64,000 bases of DNA from the NCBI GenBank assembly GCA_038087875.1, contig CM075987.1:24120001-24184000 (forward strand), written 5' to 3'. This stretch comes from Malacoraja senta (taxonomy: Eukaryota). The notes beneath the pieces are model-generated. The model was given only the letters and a program-made list of their open reading frames with translations. It was not told where the DNA came from and ran no database searches. Below, in pieces: positions 62,418-64,000 of the stretch. Within the stretch, counting starts at the first letter, position 1; each line of letters opens with the position of its first letter. The position numbers and the translations under genes were made by a program.

Positions 62418-62695
62418 GGTGGCACAGGGGTAGAGTTGCTACCTTACAGTGCCAGAGACCCGGGTTCGATCCTGACTACGGGTGCTATCAGTACGGAGCT
62501 TGCACTTTCTCCCTGTGACCTGCGTGGGTTTTCTCCGGGTGCTCCGGTTTCCACCCACACTCCAAAGATGTGCAGGATTGTAGATCTGAAGAAGCGTCTC
62601 GACCCGAAACGTCACCCATTCCTTCTCTCCAGAGATGCTGCCTGTCCCAATGAGTTACTCCAGCATCTTGTGTCTATCTCAGGTTTGTAGGTCAA
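62418..62695 (+). mobile_element. V-SINE 5' part with Penelope insertion (62584-62679)
   Basis: TSD CAGG(A/T)TTGTAG. Confidence 0.75.
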
Positions 62696-63554
62696 TTTGC
62701 ATTTTCCCACTCAGCATTTAAAATGGCATTTTAAAATGCATTCAAGATGTTGGAATAAACTGCAGGCTGACTCAAGTAAGAATGAATTGAGTGATGAGAG
62801 TTGAGCAACTTTATATTTATTTTGCAGTGTGATGAAGAACCTCCACAGTGCAACACAACTCTGACAATGTTGTTTACAATGGAGACACAAGGAACTGAAG
62901 ATATTGTTTTACAAAAGATAAACACAAAGTTCTTGGAGTAACTCAACGGGTCAGGCAGCATCTCTGGAGGACATGGATAGGCGACGTTTTGGGTCGGGAA
63001 CACTTCTTCCTTTGCTTATATTAAATTGAATTGAATTGAATTGAATTCTTTGCTTGCATACCCAAATACTTGCCCATAAAGGGTGACAAAGTTACAAATT
63101 CCCCACCATGCGCCAGTTCCCCCGTTGTTCTTCCCCCTCCCCCTCCCTCACGGCAGCCCCCCATGCTGAGTCCTCCATGGTTCTTTCCCTCGGCAGTGAT
63201 GTCCTCACTTCCACGTGGTCCGACCTCGTCTGGTGGTCGACGCCATTATTGACCGGCGCAACGACCTCTCCACTAACGCTGCCGGGTCCTCTCCGTGGTG
63301 CCGACCCAGGCCCCAGCCACGGGCTCCTTCGGCCCAGGGACCGTTATAAAGTCTACAAGGAGGGAAGGTGTTGAAAGCAGCAGTCCCACGTGCTACATAG
63401 CTTGCTCCAGATAAATTGGGGCTTAAAGACATTGTTAACACTATGTGAAGGAGGGGTGTTGCAGCATTAACCATTTTATTTTTTACTGGATTTGGTAATG
63501 TTTCATAATGCAGGCAATGAAGTATCAAAATGAAAGAAAAACATATTTCCTTTC

Positions 63555-63865
63555 ATGTGATAGGAGAAAAGTTACGCCATTTGGCCCATCATGTCTACTC
63601 CACCCTTCAATCATGGCTGATCTATCTTTCTCTCTCAACCCCATTTCTCCTGCCTTCTCCCCGTATCCCCTGACACCCGCACTAATCAAGAATCTATCGA
63701 TCTCTGCCTTAAAAATATCCATTGACTTGGCCTCCACAGACTTCTGTGGCTGTGAATTCCACAGATTTGCCACCCTCTGACTAAAGAAATTCTGAGGCTA
63801 TGGCCTCTGATCTTGGGCTCTCCCACTAGCGTAAACATCCTCTCCACATCCACTCCATCCAAGCC
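63555..63865 (-). mobile_element. CR1 3' fragment
   Basis: ORF 63525..63773 NLWNSQPQKSVEAKSMDIFKAEIDRFL. Confidence 0.85.
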
Positions 63866-64000
63866 AATATGTTTCACATTGGTGAGCAGAACATGCAATG
63901 TTTGTTTTGAAAGAACAAATGAATAAGGCCAGACTGGATTAGGTGTGCGTGTAATTATGGCCAAACCGTGAGTGTTTTTTGTCAGTACATTGTGAAACTG

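Overview
Vertebrate, repeat-dense intronic/intergenic DNA. The repeat content (HE1-like V-SINEs, HER1/CR1 LINEs, Rex1/Babar, Penelope) points to a cartilaginous fish, probably a skate or ray; this is an inference. I could not support any host protein-coding exon, and nearly all ORF-track entries are repeat-derived. Main structures: (1) a full-length, decayed DIRS1-type tyrosine-recombinase retrotransposon with ITRs and internal complementary region (27284-31733); (2) about 25 V-SINEs; (3) many CR1 and Rex1/Babar 3' fragments; (4) about 30 Penelope pseudo-LTR pieces carrying a minimal hammerhead motif; (5) PIF/Harbinger-type MITEs; (6) non-autonomous RTE elements. The most notable observation is two families of ~180-200 bp TSD-flanked retroposons (1658-1832, 27079-27260, 51864-52060). 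Each begins at an HDV-like ribozyme fold closely resembling the mammalian CPEB3 ribozyme and ends in a (GAA)n tail. Boundaries of decayed repeats are approximate and read by eye.
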